Source: the human T2T-CHM13v2.0 reference genome, Homo sapiens
DNA: 64,000 nt
Assembly (NCBI RefSeq): GCF_009914755.1
Contig: NC_060935.1
Strand: one strand, 5' to 3'
Made by a program: the position numbers and the translations under genes. The notes beneath the pieces are model-generated. The model did not search any database, was not told where the DNA came from, and saw only the letters and a list, made by a program, of their open reading frames with translations. Shown one piece after another: positions 61,879 to 64,000 of the stretch (positions within the stretch are counted from its first letter, which is position 1; the number at the start of each line of letters is the position of its first letter).

Positions 61879-62419
61879 AAAACTATCCACTAAAAATGAA
61901 TAGAGATAACATGATACAAGTGAGCATTCTGAAGCCTAATATCAAAATGTTCTGGGGTTTGCGGTTAAAGAACAGAATGCAAATGTTACAAACCATAACT
62001 GTATAAAGACTAATTATATTCATAACAAAAATAAGAAGAGAAAGATAGTAGAAATATATTCTGGTCCATTCAACTTTCACAGTGGGAGAGAATCAACAAA
62101 TTATGTTATGGCTGATTAAATATTATTTTAAAAGATAAAGGTCATTCTTAGAAAAATTAAAAATAACAAAATCAAATAAAGTTGAATGACGAAGGTGGGA
62201 GAGGAAAGTGGGTTTAAGGGGTAAAGTGGAACTATATTAAAAGAGTCAATGGAGAGCACCCTTGGAAATAACACAAAAATTAAAGAACTAAATATAATTT
62301 ATACAGCACATAACTAAACTATAAATCTTCAAATTAAAAGAAAATAGGTACATACAAAATATCACATAGAGAGAAATATTAATACCATGAAAATATTAAA
62401 ATAAAAGCATAAAATTAAT

Positions 62420-63100
62420 TCATTTATTTACCCTATTAGTATTTTTTGAACACCTATGTGCCAGGTATTGTGCTGAATGCCAGTAAGATATAGTTCCTGC
62501 ATCTTGGAGTTTTCGTGGAGGAGACAGAGATTAATCAAACAATCACACAAATGTAAAATTGCAACCATAAAAATTACTCTGAAATACAATGAAAATTACT
62601 ATAAGAGAGGGATTTGATGTGAGTCAGAGAAGTTTCCCCTAAGAAAGCAACACTGAAGCTGAGATCTAAAGGGTAAACAGCAGTTAACTGAGTGGAGAAC
62701 AAAGGTTTTCCTGCAGGGGGAACAATCTGCTCCCCGAGGCCAGAGTGGGGCCTTGGGAGTTGTGCCTGAAACCACATTGTGAGGAAGTGAGGGGAAGCAT
62801 TGTGCAGATAATGCTGAAATAAGTAGTGGAAGATGCTTCCTAAGAGAATGAGAAATCCAAGACTACTAAGCAGAAGAATGATTTGACCAGATTTCACATT
62901 TGTAAATATCACTATGGTTACAATGTATAGAATGGATTTTAAGGAATTCAAATTGGATACAGGTGAGTCAATTAGAAAGCAACATGCTTGCCAAGGCAAG
63001 AAATTTGATTACTTAAACTAGATATGGGAGTTTTGGAAATAAGTAGATAAATTTGTCATATATTTGAGATAATAAATCACCATGACTTGATGGTAGACTT
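62420..63100 (-). mobile_element. L2 3' fragment
   Basis: ttgaacacctatgtgccaggtattgtgct...gaagctgagatctaaagg typical of antisense L2. Confidence 0.7.
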
Positions 63101-63607
63101 AGTTGGAGATGCCCTCACTAATGCACCATCTAATGCTTCAAGTCTAATAATTATTCAATTCCTCCAGAGCCACCAATCCAATGGTTCTACCATATTTATG
63201 CTGTCATTCACTTTACTGATATCCTTCTTACCTTACCTCTTTTCCCACTTTATATTCCATGATCAATACCTTGCTCCCTCGTAATGATTGTACTCACTCT
63301 TCCAAACAACAATCCTGATAAATCCTACTCTCTGCCTTCTACATCTTGATACCACACAGCTATATGTGGCTAGATAAAACAATCACACTGACAATCATCC
63401 TATACTTTCTGAATCCATCACTCTTCTACTTTTTCAGATCTTTTCTTTCTCCCTCATCCTTACCATGTAATGAACTCATTTTGCATGTCAAGGGCTAAAA
63501 GTTGAATATTTTAAAAGTTCTCATTTTCCCACTACTATATAAACCAACAAATATCTTTAGTCTGCATTCACAAATAACATAACAAATGAGCTCTTCATAT
63601 TTCTATC

Positions 63608-63840
63608 TGTGGTGAATTAAGATGACTAGAAATTTTGTGGCACCATCCCGTTGAAAACGTGGGGACATATTCTTTCTCCTTGAACCTGGGTGGGCTCTTT
63701 GACTGCTTTGACCAATAAAATACAGTGAAAGTAAAACTTCCAGTTTTGATGTCCAGATGTTAAAAGCCTTGAAGCTTCCATTTCTACATCTTGGAACCAA
63801 CGTGTGTGGGTGCTGAGTCAGTATCGAAGAATTCTGCTTA
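63608..63840 (+). mobile_element. MaLR LTR fragment (MLT1-like)
   Basis: ccttgaacctgggtgggct...tgactgctttgaccaata motif. Confidence 0.6.
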
Positions 63841-63847
63841 TTCTGCT

Positions 63848-64000
63848 TGCATTAGTCCATTTTCATGCTGCTGATAAAGACATATCCAAGACCGGGTAAT
63901 TTATGAATAAAAAGAGTTTCATGGAATCACAGTTCCATGTGGATGGGGAGGCCTCACAATCATGGCAGAAGGTGAAAAGTATGCATTACATGGGAGCAGA
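63848..64000 (-). mobile_element. THE1 (MaLR) LTR, runs off the window end
   Basis: attagtccattttcatgctgctgataaagacata...ggggaggcctcacaatcatggcagaagg. Confidence 0.88.

Overview
Human (or great-ape) genomic DNA, mostly transposable-element derived. The order WBP1L retrocopy - full-length L1PA - OR4F olfactory receptor on the minus strand matches, from my recall, the multi-copy subtelomeric segmental-duplication block that carries OR4F16/OR4F21/OR4F29-type genes. I cannot tell which chromosome end this is. There is no intact host protein-coding gene: the OR4F copy (51128-52065, -) has a 1-bp frameshift plus DRY->DSY, and the WBP1L copy is a disabled retrocopy. The most striking structure is a 9.46-kb, 123-unit, 77-bp minisatellite (25898-35358) amplified from inside an L1PA 3'UTR. 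It carries a canonical CACGTG E-box in ~117 units, four G-tracts per unit and a ~30-unit higher-order duplication. Also present are three independent 5'-inverted (twin-primed) L1 insertions, a nested L1M > WBP1L retrocopy > L1PA structure, a solo ERV LTR with a 6-bp TSD, a MER47/Tigger5-type DNA transposon, several Alus (one tailless but TSD-flanked) and short tandem duplications. I found no evidence of a genuinely new gene system. The ORF track is explained by L1 remnants, microsatellites, the VNTR and the two pseudogenes. Repeat subfamily names come from recalled consensus motifs, not from a database search.
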